A DNA stretch of 64,000 bases from Macrostomum lignano (Eukaryota). This document shows positions 21,154 through 32,199 of the stretch, in pieces (within the stretch, counting starts at the first letter, position 1; the number at the start of each line of letters is the position of its first letter). The notes below the pieces were generated by a model. The model was given only the letters and a program-made list of their open reading frames with translations, was not told the origin of the DNA and searched no databases. The position numbers and the translations under genes were made by a program. Location: contig NIVC01000342.1 of NCBI GenBank assembly GCA_002269645.1, forward strand, positions 186,001 through 250,000, given 5' to 3'.

Positions 21154-22533
21154 AGGCAATTGTGAAGTTTTGTTTATTAAATTTTTTTGACTCCAGAAAA
21201 ATAATCTACAAACTATTTTAAGTACAAATAAATATTTTTAAGAGACTTAAACTTGATTAAGCACTAATTCTATGCTTTAAAACTTGTTATAATGTATTTG
21301 ACACTAGAAAGCTACAATAGTCTATGCCTATGGCCAGAATTTTAGAACATTTTTTGACTTGAAAAGAAGTCTATGGTATTTGAAACATACTCAAAGTAAT
21401 TGTGGCATCAACTGAATGGCAATCCTTCAGTTTACAATCACCATCTATTTTGCCAGTTTTGGTTTATAATCATCTTTTTTGTTTACTGCAGTGCAAAAAT
21501 GGCATGTTGAAAACTAAGACATAAAAAATGGAAAGAAAGCAAAAGTTGGCTGATCAACTAACTTGATAGATTATATATCAGTTCACTAGTAGCTTATTTA
21601 TATTTCAAAAGAAAGTTTATTTCAAACAATGATAAGATTGTCATAGCACCTTATATTTCACCTTTGGTTTACAATCACCCAAACGTATGTTTCCCATTGA
21701 AATGATTGTAAACCAAAGCTAGCTGTAGGAAAAGCATGTCAACCCTAGCTTAGTATAATTAATCTTTAGTGTTGCACCCTCCTCATTTTCAGTTTACGAT
21801 CACTACCATACATACACTTTGTTGAAATGATTGTGAACCAAAGCTGGCTATAGGAAAGCATGTCAACCTTTAATACACTTTCTTATGGCTAGCTTTGGTT
21901 GACAATTATTTTAATAGGCAACATATGTTTTGGTGATCATAAACTAAAGGTGAAATAGGCCTATACAGGCTACTATAGCTCAAACTTGCAACTTAATAGT
22001 TGCCAGCTTTAGTTCACAATCATTTCAATAAGCAACATACATTTGGGGGATTTTAAACCAAAGGTGAAATATAAGGTGCTACAACAATATTACTATCTTT
22101 TGAAATAAACAAAGTTAGTTCACCAACATTTGATTTTGTTTCATTGGAAACTATGGATTTTATGCCTTACAACTGTTTTTGTGGTGATTGTCATTTTTAA
22201 AGTGATTGTCATTGTTTGGGATGATCATAAACTGAAGGAATGCCAACTAAACCCAATGAAGCAATTTGGAAATATCCTATTATTGGATTTCCTACTACTA
22301 TAGTGTATAAAGCTTTTGTTGTTCATTGGCAATTTGACCATAGACAGTAATACTTTTTATTTATTTCTATTAAGACTTGTTTACTTGTTAACATTTTAAT
22401 GCTTAGTGCTTAAGTGCTATTAGTGCTTAATCAGGCTTAAGTCTCTTAAAAGTATTTATTTATACTTAAAATAGTTTCTAGATTACTTTTCTGGAGTCAA
22501 AATAATTTAACAAATGAAACTTGAGAATTGCCT
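21154..22533. mobile_element. Degenerate foldback/MITE-like long inverted-repeat element, ~1.4 kb
   Basis: 21154-21290 is the reverse complement of ~22410-22533, and 21644-21723 of 22002-22081. Further nested arms occur around a centre near 21870. No ORF. Confidence 0.7.
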
Positions 22534-23763
22534 TAAAGAAATAATATTTGCAAACAATACTAATTAATTATATCTATAATATATTTACAATGAGCATTTT
22601 TAGACTTTAAAGACTTCTTACTCAAATCTTGATTATTATAATATTATAGTATTAGTATATATCTTGCATTGCATTTAGTTTTTCACTTAATTTTTTATAA
22701 AAGTTGATACAATATATTAGGGAGGAGAAAGGGGGAATGTCAAGGAGGGAATTGCTAAGATGTCAAGGCTTACAAGGGATTGCTAAGGTTATTGCAAAAA
22801 ATGCTATATTGTTTATTAAAAAACTGGCAGTCAAAATGGCTCTTTATGAATATTATAGTGATGGATTGAATTTCAATTTTAATATTCAAAATTTTGAACC
22901 CAATTTTGTATCAAAAAATTTCACTTTCAATTTTGAATTTCCACACCATTCATTAAAAATCATATTGAAATTTTAGTTATATTTAAAAAATTAGACATTG
23001 TTGATCATGCTATACAAATAAGAAAATCTAGGAAATGAAAGGAAGCATAGTTCAAAGACTCAGCAAGAGGCAAGAATTGCCTTTTCTATAAGAAAAGATT
23101 GTACAGGGCACACATTGTTCTAGGCCTTGTGCTGCACCCACCTTAACCTCCATAGAAGCCCATTGGCTGAACTCATTGGTGTGTATTTTAATTGGCTAAA
23201 GATTTTTAAAGCCTTAATGAAATTGATATATCTAGATCTCTAGTTTAAACAGCAATAAAGTATAATACACTTTCTATTCTAAGTACAAGCATATAATATA
23301 TAATATACAGCATTTTCTATTTCATATTTTTTGAGTAATTTCAAGTATTCTGGTTCAAATACCAAAGATATTTTTAAAAAAAACATGTAAGCTCATACAT
23401 GCAGATGCAATGTGTTAAACTTTTTTGCATGATTAGCAAAAATATAGAAATTTGTTAAGCTCAAAAAATTTTGGTTTCAATTTCAATTTTGATTTTGTTC
23501 TAAAGATCTGAAAATTTTGATTTCAATTTTGATACAAAAAATATTTTTATTCCATCACTAAAATATTGGCAAACAAAAAGGTGGCAGACAAAATATAGCA
23601 AATAAAATCAATATCAACTTAGCATCAGTTAAACCATGGGGAAAGGAACGAGGCAAGACAAGGGATGGCGCGAAACAGAACCTCCACTGGTCAAAAAAAA
23701 ATGGCAGCCGATGAATTATTTATTTCTTGCAAAAGATTTAATAGCGAATGAGAAAAAAAAGCT

Positions 23764-23998
23764 AAAAAAAATCTGAGCAAACACGAACGCACGGCGAACA
23801 AGCAGAGGACCGGACTAAATATGAAATCAAGCTAGCACCCCCGCGACCCCCCGGCCCCTGCAGCACACGCAACCCCGCATGCACCCGCCCTAGCCAAGCG
23901 AGCCCCTCCCCCCGCAGTTTAAACGCCCTTACCACCAACACAGTGGCAAGGGTAACATTAAACCGCGGGGAAAGGAACGAGGCAAGACAAGGAATGGC
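23764..23998 (-). repeat. Split direct repeat A2 of the YR element
   Basis: Near-identical to 28062-28294. Confidence 0.92.
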
Positions 23999-24129
23999 AC
24001 AAAACGGAACCTCCAAACCCAAACCGGAGAACGGACAGAAACGGAGACAGGAGTAAAAGAAAATACACCGGGAAACTAAAAGAGCGGAGAAGCTAACGCC
24101 AGCACAGACACAGTTAGACAGCTAAACAG

Positions 24130-25194
24130 TTAGAACGCAGCCTGCACCGCTGCCCCAATGCGACAAACAGCCCAGCTGGCCACCTGCGGCTGCTGGCCCG
24201 CATAGAGATGCACCGCATCGCTCTTCCAGTCGCCAATGGCTTTGATATCCTCGATCGCGATGCCTGAACGCCTGGCGAAGGTGGCGCCGCCTCGGCGCAG
24301 GCTGTGCATTGAAAAGCGGTTTCTCGGAAGGCCAGCCTGGTGAAAAAGCTGGGACAACTCGCGCTGGACATGCGCTGCAGTTAAGCTCATCCAGCTTCCT
24401 GCTGACTGCAGGGTCGAGAACAGAGGCTGCGAAGGAGGTGCAATGTCCAGTGAATTCCGGCTGAAATGATGATGGAGCGCACAAAGCGGACACAGCGGAG
24501 CAGTCGCACTCTTGCAGATGCAGGGCAGAAGAACGACATGACGGCGCTCGCCGAATTGATTCGTCTTGGACAGGCGAACAGAAATCCAAGCCTCCTTGAG
24601 GCCCAGGCGAAGATCGCTGATTAGCACCGCCGTGCCGACGTTTGCCTGGCTGAGAGAGCAAAGATTGGCCGCCCGCAGCATGGCCCACCAGCCGGCTAAG
24701 ATGAGACTCCACAGAGCAGCTCCAAGGCCGGTCTGCAGCTGTAGGCAGCGCCGCAGTCGCAGAAGATGACTCGGCCCCAGCGCAGCCTTGCGGCGAACGG
24801 GAATTGCGGCCAGCAGCCGCTTCGCACCTCGAAGAGCCAAGCGCACGAGTCCAGAGTCTATCGTAACCGGAGAGTCGCTGAGTCGCAAAAGAGTGGCGAT
24901 CGAGCTGATGTATGCCTGCAGGTTCGATTGTCGCGACAGGCGATGGTGCATGAGGAAGTTTATGAATTGGCAAATCTGAGTTGGAGTCGGCTTCAGAGCT
25001 TTGATCTTTGCCTCACTGCAGAAAGCGAGCCACGTCCTCCATTTGCTTTCCAGCGACCGCAGCGTCGCCGCTGCGAAGGCGGCGCGAACTAGAGGGAGCA
25101 GCTCGGTTGGCAGCCCAAAGGAGACGGCACCTGAAAAACAGGGTGGAGGCGGAAGCAGGACCCAGCGCATGCGAAGCAAATTCAGAGGGATCAA
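24130..25194 (-). CDS. Tyrosine recombinase of DIRS/Ngaro type
   Basis: AMLRAANL (Arg), SKTNQFG, HSLRRGGAT and GDWKSDAVHLY catalytic motifs, with an N-terminal SAM-like helical domain. Confidence 0.95.
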   Translation of the reverse strand: MIPLNLLRMRWVLLPPPPCFSGAVSFGLPTELLPLVRAAFAAATLRSLESKWRTWLAFCSEAKIKALKPTPTQICQFINFLMHHRLSRQSNLQAYISSIATLLRLSDSPVTIDSGLVRLALRGAKRLLAAIPVRRKAALGPSHLLRLRRCLQLQTGLGAALWSLILAGWWAMLRAANLCSLSQANVGTAVLISDLRLGLKEAWISVRLSKTNQFGERRHVVLLPCICKSATAPLCPLCALHHHFSRNSLDIAPPSQPLFSTLQSAGSWMSLTAAHVQRELSQLFHQAGLPRNRFSMHSLRRGGATFARRSGIAIEDIKAIGDWKSDAVHLYAGQQPQVASWAVCRIGAAVQAAF

Positions 25195-26587
25195 TCAACA
25201 AATGACCGTAGAAACGAGAGGCAAAATCAATCAGAGCAGCGCCGCCCGTCAGGAGACGAGAGGCGGGGTCAGCGAGGAACTGGCGGCAACCGGGCATGTA
25301 AAAGACCTTGAAAGTGATCTGCTGCTGCATGCAGACAAGCCCAGCCTGCATCAGAAGGTCATTCACGACACGATGGGACACTTAGCAGAGCCACGGTTGA
25401 GCATGCCGACAGCTGCTTGGTTGTCGCTGTAGAAGACCACCTGGGCCTGATGAAGCTGGTCACGAAACCGCAGCAGAGTGAGAGGAGCGATAGCCGCCTC
25501 CTTGTAATTGATGTGCAGATCGGCCAAACGGCCGTCCAAGTCCGAGGAAAAATCAACGAAAAACCAATCGCGGAAGCAGCAACTGCTGAGAATAGCGGCG
25601 CCGCCACTGATGCAGACGTCAGTTTCCACGGCCAAGGCGTCGGAGAAGTTGGGCCAGATGAGACGATCGTGGTAACACCTGACGGCCGATTCCCACCATT
25701 GAAGAAGATGCCGCAAACTCTCGCAAATGCGCACTCGACGATTTTCACGACTAAGACTCTCGGTAAACTCGATGATGGGGCGAAGGAACATGCGAATTTG
25801 TCTTTGCACCTGGCAAAACCAGCTCAACTTTCCGGTGAGGCGACGCAAGAAGGAAGCAGAGACTTGTCTAGCGGCAAGACAGTCAGTGAGCAACTGACGC
25901 AGCTCATGCAGCTTTTCTGGAGGCAGAGACATGACTCCGATGTCTGTCTGGATACGAACACCGAGGAAGACCATGTCCTGACAAGGCGGGGTGCACTTTT
26001 TGCGGTTGATCTCGAAGCCAAGATGCTCCAGAAGACTTAGCAGGTGATCATAGGCCTTGAAGCAATCTCTGTAGGTAGCGGCAGTGACAGCAAAGTCATC
26101 CAGATAGTTCACAACAGCGGTATAGCCGTCCTTGACCATGAAGCGATGAATGGCTTGAGAGACACGGTGAAAGCTAGGAACAGAGCCGGCAGCACCCATG
26201 GGAAGGCGTCGGTCTTCCATGTAAGTAACGTGATCGTCGCCGGAAAACTTTAACTTCAGACCAAGAAGAGGCCAGCAGCTGGGGTGGCAGGCAATGGACC
26301 AATACGCCGAGGAAATATCAACTTTGGCCATGAAGTGACCTGGCCGAAGAAGACGCACGAAATCCTCGACAGACGCAAAACGCAGCTTGCGGTCGGCGGT
26401 GAAACAGTCGTTGAGAGACGCATTATGCGGGACGGAGCAGTCGTGAATGAGTCTGACGCCACCAGAAGATTTGCGAATAGCCCCAAGCGGGCTCACCAAG
26501 CTTGGCGGATCTGGCACAACCACGACTCTACCCCTGCGAATTTCTTCAAGCAGCAGGCATTCGACCTCCTGCCTGAACTCCTCCACC
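25013..26587 (-). pseudogene. DIRS-type RT/RNase H, frameshifted by a 5-bp duplication at 25364-25373 and 5'-truncated at the Penelope junction
   Basis: SPLGAIRKSSGGVRLIHDCS, KVDISSAY, YLDDF, ETDVC, INYKE and YSDNQA; continues as ...YMPGCRQFLADPASR in another frame. Confidence 0.92.
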
Positions 26588-26669
26588 GACGCTCTGGTCC
26601 ACAGAGCAGTTAAATTGGTAGACAACACCTGCACGCAGAGTACAAGGAACACGCGACTTTAATCTGCTA

Positions 26670-27029
26670 AAGATTGGGAACTTTGTTAGCAGATTAAAGT
26701 CGCGTGTTCCTTGTACTCTGCGTGCAGGTGTTGTCTACCAATTTAACTGCTCTGTGGACCAGAGCGTCTCCTACGTGGGGAAAACCAAAAGACACCTACA
26801 CACGAGGATCAGGGAACACTGGCTCAAACCATCTGCTATACAAACTCACCTCCTTGAATGCACTAACTGCAATGACTGCAAACCAGAAGAACACTTTAAA
26901 ATCATTGACCAAAGCCATACTGACGCCAAACTTAGAATTCTCGAGGCCCTGCACATAAAAGCTCAGACCCCGAATCTCAACACCCAATTACAACATAGTG
27001 GTGCAGGTCACGTTCTCCGCGTTTTCTGA
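26670..27029 (+). CDS. Penelope GIY-YIG endonuclease domain (partial)
   Basis: KIGNF...AGVVYQFNC...SYVGKTKRHLHTRIREH...FKII...LRILEALHIK...PNLNTQ. Confidence 0.92.
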   Translation, partial: KIGNFVSRLKSRVPCTLRAGVVYQFNCSVDQSVSYVGKTKRHLHTRIREHWLKPSAIQTHLLECTNCNDCKPEEHFKIIDQSHTDAKLRILEALHIKAQTPNLNTQLQHSGAGHVLRVF

Positions 27030-27299
27030 ACAGTGAGTGACACAGTCGTGCACGCTGTGTACACTTAGCTTGACGTTCAATTACCTAAGCTAGCTACCGC
27101 CCCTGATTCTGCCTTTTGACCACTGGACAAGAATTGTGCACATTTGGTTTAACTTTAATTCTCTCTCCTACCTACTATACCTATGTATGTTGTTAAAGCC
27201 AAGTTGTAATCAATTGTTTTCAATCTTACCCTCCTTACCTGTGTACGTTGCAAAAACCAATATTTAATCAATCGCTTTCAATCTCAATTTCTCAAATCG

Positions 27300-27357
27300 T
27301 TCTAATAAAATCCTGACGATGCACCATGGCGTGCGAAACGCGTTGAAGTTGTTAGAA
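27300..27357 (+). ncRNA. Minimal type I hammerhead ribozyme
   Basis: CUGACGA at 27313-27319, stem II GCAC/GUGC, GAAA at 27335-27338, palindromic helix III ACGCGU, and predicted cleavage after GUU at 27344. Stem I has 2 bp, a 2x2 internal loop and 9 bp. Confidence 0.85.
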
Positions 27358-27370
27358 ATTGTAATTATAT

Positions 27371-28045
27371 TCAAATGTTGATATTAAGCTTTCTATACAT
27401 GATTTTAGCATTGGCAGAAATCCATTGGCCGACTGTCACAGAGTCTACAGATTTTGGTCTACCGCTCTTGAGATTCTGCTTAGCTGTCTCACCCTGCGAA
27501 AGAAGCTCGTCAGCCTGGCCAGGGGCATCAATGAAGTTGCAAATATGGAGCAGCCGCCCGGAAGTAACTCTAGCGTTGCTTGGAGCAAAAATAGCAGCAT
27601 CAAGTTCACCATCATTGGACCACCTATCAGACTCAGCGCAAGCAGACTGGCTCAAAAATTCTGGTAGCTTACCGCGATTATCTGGTGCCTTATCCACCGA
27701 CCGTCGCAGCTCCGCCTCTTCTTTCTGCAGCCTTAGCAGTTCAATGCGCCGTCGGGTGAGCTCGATCTCTTCATCCAGAGCCGCGCCACCCAAAGAGGTG
27801 CCACCCCCCTTGGACCGCCGGCTGCTCCCTCCATCGGACGAGCCGTCAGAATCCCTCGGTGGCTCCCTGTGGGAAGTCCTGTTCGCGGCGTCAGCAGCTA
27901 GACGCTCGTTGAGAATCGCGTCGCACAGACGAGTACGTAGGGCAGCCTTGCTACCTTTTGTTGGCAATTTGCGCGCTTGCAATGCCATCTTTAGTTGAGG
28001 CACGCTCAGATTGGTGACTGATTGCAGCTGACTAGAGGTGGCCAT
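27371..28045 (-). CDS. DIRS/Ngaro Gag-like protein with N-terminal SAP domain; C-terminus lost at the Penelope junction
   Basis: LSVPQLKMALQARKLPTKGSKAALRTRL fits the SAP consensus. LHICNFI and VTVGQWISANAKIM resemble DIRS gag motifs. Confidence 0.8.
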   Translation of the reverse strand: MATSSQLQSVTNLSVPQLKMALQARKLPTKGSKAALRTRLCDAILNERLAADAANRTSHREPPRDSDGSSDGGSSRRSKGGGTSLGGAALDEEIELTRRRIELLRLQKEEAELRRSVDKAPDNRGKLPEFLSQSACAESDRWSNDGELDAAIFAPSNARVTSGRLLHICNFIDAPGQADELLSQGETAKQNLKSGRPKSVDSVTVGQWISANAKIMYRKLNINI

Positions 28046-28061
28046 ATTGATTGTGGCTGAG

Positions 28062-28294
28062 AAAAAAAATCTGAGCAAACACGAACGCACGGCGAACAAG
28101 CGGAGGACCGGACTAAATATGAAATCAAGCTAGCACCCCCGCGACCCCCGCCCCCCGCAGCACACGCAACCCGCACGCACCCGCCCCAGCCAAGCGAGCC
28201 CCTCCCCCCGCAGTTTAAACGCCCTTACCACCAACACAGTGGCAAGGGTAACATTAAACCGCGGGGAAAGGAACGAGGCAAGACAAGGAATGGC
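28062..28294 (-). repeat. Split direct repeat A1 (5' end) of the YR element
   Basis: Near-identical to 23764-23998; ends just upstream of the gag ATG. Confidence 0.92.
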
Positions 28295-28696
28295 TTGACA
28301 GCTTGAAAACTTATTATTTGAAAAGTATTTGCAGTTACAGGAGCCAAAGATTGCAGGTCTGACTTGATTAATAAATTGACCAAATTCCAATATAGAAGAG
28401 AGAAGACTTTGAACTTCATCAAGAGTTGACTGCTTTTAATTGAGGCAAGAATTTCGAATTCAGGAAGCGTATTTGTTAAAATTAAAGATCGAAATTTAAC
28501 TTTATCCACAGCCACAGATTCCGTTTCTTGATTTAATTAATTTTAAAAAACCGTTGGATGAGAAAATAATGGATAAGATTTTGGAATGAGAAACTTCCAA
28601 GTCCAGACTTTTGGGGTATCTAGAGGTTCTATGAAAACTCCTTTTATCGCTAGGTTTACTACTGGAAACGAGTGTTCATGTAAGGTGCAGAAGTTC

Positions 28697-29925
28697 TGTC
28701 ATAAGTTGACCGTGTCATAAGCTGGCAGGCAGTGTCATAAGCTAGCAGTGTCATAAGCTGGCAGTGTCATAAGCTGGCAGTGCCATAAGCTGGCAGTGTC
28801 ATAAGTTGACCGTGTCATAAGCTGGCAGTGTCATAAGCTGGCAGTGCCATAAGCTGGCAGTGTCATAAGTTGACCGTGTCATAAGCTAGCAGTGTCAATG
28901 TGTCATAAGCCAGCAGTGTCATAAGCTGGCAGTGTCATAGGCTGACCGTGTCATAAGCTAGCAGTGTCAATGTGTCATAAGCTAGCAGTGTCATAAGCTG
29001 GCAGTGTCATAAGCTGACCGTGTCATAAGCTAGCAGTGTCATAAGCTGGCAGTGTCATAAGCTGGCAGTGTCATAAGCTGACCGTGTCATAAGCTAGCAG
29101 TGTCATAAGCTAGCAGTGTCATAAGCTAGCAGTGTCATAAGTTGACCGTGTCATAAGCTGGCAGTGTCATAAGCTGGCAGTGCCATAAGCTGGCAGTGTC
29201 ATCAGCTGGCAGTGCCATAAGCTGGCAGTGTCAATGTGTCATAAGCTAGCAGTGTCAATGTGTCATAAGCTGGCAGTGTCATAAGCTAGCAGTGTCATAA
29301 GCTGGCAGTGTCATAAGCTAGCAGTGTCAATGTGTCATAAGCTAGCAGTGTCATAAGCTGGCAGTGTCATAAGCTAGCAGTGTCATAAGCTGGCAGTGTC
29401 ATAAGCTGACCGTGTCATAAGCTAGCAGTGTCAATGTGTCATAAGCTAGCATTGTCATAAGCTAGCAGTGTCAATGTGTCATAAGCTGGCAGTGTCATAA
29501 GCTAGCAGTGTCATAAGCTAGCAGTGTCATAAGCTGGCAGTGTCATAAGCTGGCAGTGTCATAAGCTAGCAGTGTCATAAGCTAGCAGTGTCATAAGCTG
29601 GCAGTGTCATAAGCTGACCGTGTCATAAGCTAGCAGTGTCATAAGCTGGCAGTGTCATAAGCTGACCGTGTCATAAGCTAGCAGTGTCAATGTGTCATAA
29701 GCTAGCATTGTCATAAGCTAGCAGTGTCAATGTGTCATAAGCTGGCAGTGTCATAAGCTAGCAGTGTCATAAGCTAGCAGTGTCATAAGCTAGCAGTGTC
29801 ATAAGCTGGCAGTGTCATAAGCTGACCGTGTCATAAGCTAGCAGTGTCAATGTGTCATAAGCTAGCAGTGTCATAAGCTGGCAGTGTCATAGGCTGACCG
29901 TGTCATAAGCTGACCGTGTCATAAG
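28697..29925. repeat. 16-bp minisatellite (GTGTCATAAGCTGGCA)n with variants
   Basis: Tandem periodicity. Confidence 0.97.
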
Positions 29926-30040
29926 CGGACAGTCTCATGAACGCAGTTTCATAAGCGCGTAGTGTCCTTTTTTAATTTATCCTACTCAGAAGTAGTCACA
30001 CAGGAATTATAAGTACAATTTATTCTATTCGTGCTTGCAG

Positions 30041-30583
30041 GACTCTTTGCAAGCGGAGCCGGGCAGTTCGCTGTCAGCCTCCGCTGCGGCCGATTCGTCG
30101 CGCTATCACCGGCTGACGCCGATATCCCCGATCTCACCTGACGACAACAACGATGAAGCCAATGACGCTGCCACTGACGTGGCTGTAGTAGGAGGCGACT
30201 CTACAATTGAGCATGAGCAGCTTGATCGTCAACTGAGCAGCAGCGGCGGCGGAGTCGATTCCAGCGACGTCGCGCATCCGGAGTACCGCGCCCTGCCGCC
30301 GTCCTTGGCGGAGCGGAGCACAGTTCTAGCCGACAAGGAGGTGTCGTTTTATAATCGGACTGACGCTGCCGCTACCGCCGCCCCAGCCAAATGTAACGCG
30401 GACGAGTTGGCAAGCGAATTGTCGACTCGAGCTCGGGACCTACTGGACGCGACCGCCTATGCCGAGCAAAACGAAGCGGCTAATAATGATAATAACAAAT
30501 CGTTAGATAGCCGCGGTGCCAATGCTGACGCCAGTGCATCGTTTGACTACGATAGTCTGCGCCGGGATCTGGCCAGCATTCAG
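30041..30583 (+). CDS. ALMS1-like centriolar protein, internal exon (upstream exons not located)
   Basis: ttgcag acceptor and CAG|gttaac donor, 543 nt, phase 0/0, open and GC-rich. No Met in frame. Confidence 0.7.
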
Positions 30584-30625
30584 GTTAACTCAGCGGTTTG
30601 AGCCTGTATTTTGACAGGGTTTTGG

Positions 30626-32015
30626 TTGAGTCATAGAGTAGTTGAGTCATAAAGTAGTTGAATCATAGAGTAGTTGAGTCATAGAGTAGTTGAGGCATAA
30701 GTAGTTGGGTCAATGGATAGCTAAGTCATAAAGTAGTTAGGTCATAGGGTAGCAGAGTTATAGAGTAGTTCGATCATATGGTAGCTGAGTCATAGAGTAG
30801 TTGGGTTATAGGGTAGCTGAGTCATAGAGTAGTTGGATCATATGGTAGCTGAGTCATAGAGTAGTGGGGTCATAGGGTAGCTGAGTCATAGAGTAGTTGG
30901 GTTATAGGGTAGCTGAGTCATAGAGTAGTTGGATCATATGGTAGCTGAGTCATAGAGTAGTTGAGTTATAGGGTAGCTGAGTTATAGAGTAGTTGGAGTT
31001 ATAGATAGCTGAGTCATAGAGTAGTTGGGTTAAGGGTAGCTGAGTCATAGAGTAGTTGGATCATATGGTAGCTGAGTCATAGAGTAGTTGAGTTATAGGG
31101 TAGCTGAGTTATAGAGTAGTTGGAGTTATAGATAGCTGAGTCATAGAGTAGTTGGGTTATAGGGTAGCTGAGTCATAGAGTAGTTGGATCATATGGTAGC
31201 TGAGTCATAGAGTAGTTGGATCATATGGTAGCTGAGTCATAGAGTAGTGGGGTCATAGGGTAGCTGAGTCATAGAGTAGTTGGGTTATAGGGTAGCTGAG
31301 TTATAGACTAGTTCGATCATATGGTAGCTGAGTCATAGAGTAGTTGGGTTATAGGGTAGCTGAGTCATAGAGTAGTTGGATCATATGGTAGCTGAGTCAT
31401 AGAGTAGTGGGGTCATAGGGTAGCTGAGTCATAGAGTAGTTGGGTTATAGGGTAGCTGAGTCATAGAGTAGTTGGATCATATGGTAGCTGAGTCATAGAG
31501 TAGTTGGGTTATAGGGTAGCTGAGTTATAGAGTAGTTGGAGTTATAGATAGCTGAGTCATAGAGTAGTTGGGTTATAGGGTAGCTGAGTCATAGAGTAGT
31601 TGGGTTATAGGGTAGCTGAGTCATAGAGTAGTTGGATCATATGGTAGCTGAGTCATAGAGTAGTTGGGTTATAGGGTAGCTGAGTTATAGAGTAGTTGGA
31701 TCATATGGTAGCTGAGTCATAGAGTAGTTGGATCATATGGTAGCTGAGTCATAGAGTAGTTGAGTTATAGGGTAGCTGAGTTATAGAGTAGTTGGAGTTA
31801 TAGATAGCTGAGTCATAGAGTAGTTGGGTTAAGGGTAGCTGAGTCATAGAGTAGTTGGATCATATGGTAGCTGAGTCATAGAGTAGTGGGGTCATAGGGT
31901 AGCTGAGTCATAGAGTAGTTGGGTTATAGGGTAGCTGAGTTATAAGTTAGTTGGATCATATGGTAGCTGAGTCATAGATTAGTTGGGTCATAGGATAGCT
32001 GAGTCATAGATTAGT
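30626..32015. repeat. ~32-bp (2x16) minisatellite (GGTAGCTGAGTCATAGAGTAGTTGGATCATAT)n, intronic
   Basis: Tandem periodicity. Confidence 0.96.
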
Positions 32016-32199
32016 TTATTTATTCCTCATCACGGTGTGATACCAATCCTGTCATGCACGAATTCAGGTGAACCAGGTTGTGATTGGTTTCATTCTAACC
32101 GATAAATAAAAAATTGTTGAAATCTAAATATACTAAATCTATAAGGTTTGTTTTTATGCTTGTAATATTGCTAAAAGTGCAATATAATTAACGTTGCAG

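Larger units (their letters stand above)
26588..27375 (+). mobile_element. 5'-truncated Penelope-like element with inverted 5' duplication
   Basis: GIY-YIG C-terminal ORF followed by a 3' UTR carrying a hammerhead motif. 26588-26670 is the exact reverse complement of 26686-26768. Confidence 0.9.
23629..28294 (-). mobile_element. Ngaro/DIRS-type tyrosine recombinase retrotransposon, disrupted
   Basis: Gag, RT/RH and overlapping YR ORFs, no methyltransferase seen. Direct repeats at 28062-28294 and 23764-23998, plus a partial repeat at 23629-23686. Confidence 0.9.

Noticed and set aside
26588-26652. N-terminus MFLVLCVQVLSTNLTALWTRAS of the DIRS RT ORF call
   Set aside because: It derives from the inverted Penelope arm, not from the DIRS element.
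27375-27998. 207-aa plus-strand ORF, and other antisense ORFs within gag/pol/YR and the ALMS1-like exon
   Set aside because: Shadow ORFs typical of the antisense strand of GC-rich coding sequence; no motifs recognised.
28295-28515. Possible hAT transposase C-terminal fragment (NLVNLL...LAPVTANTF) on the minus strand
   Set aside because: Only a loose resemblance to LPVTSAxxERSFS, and the diagnostic ERSFS is absent.
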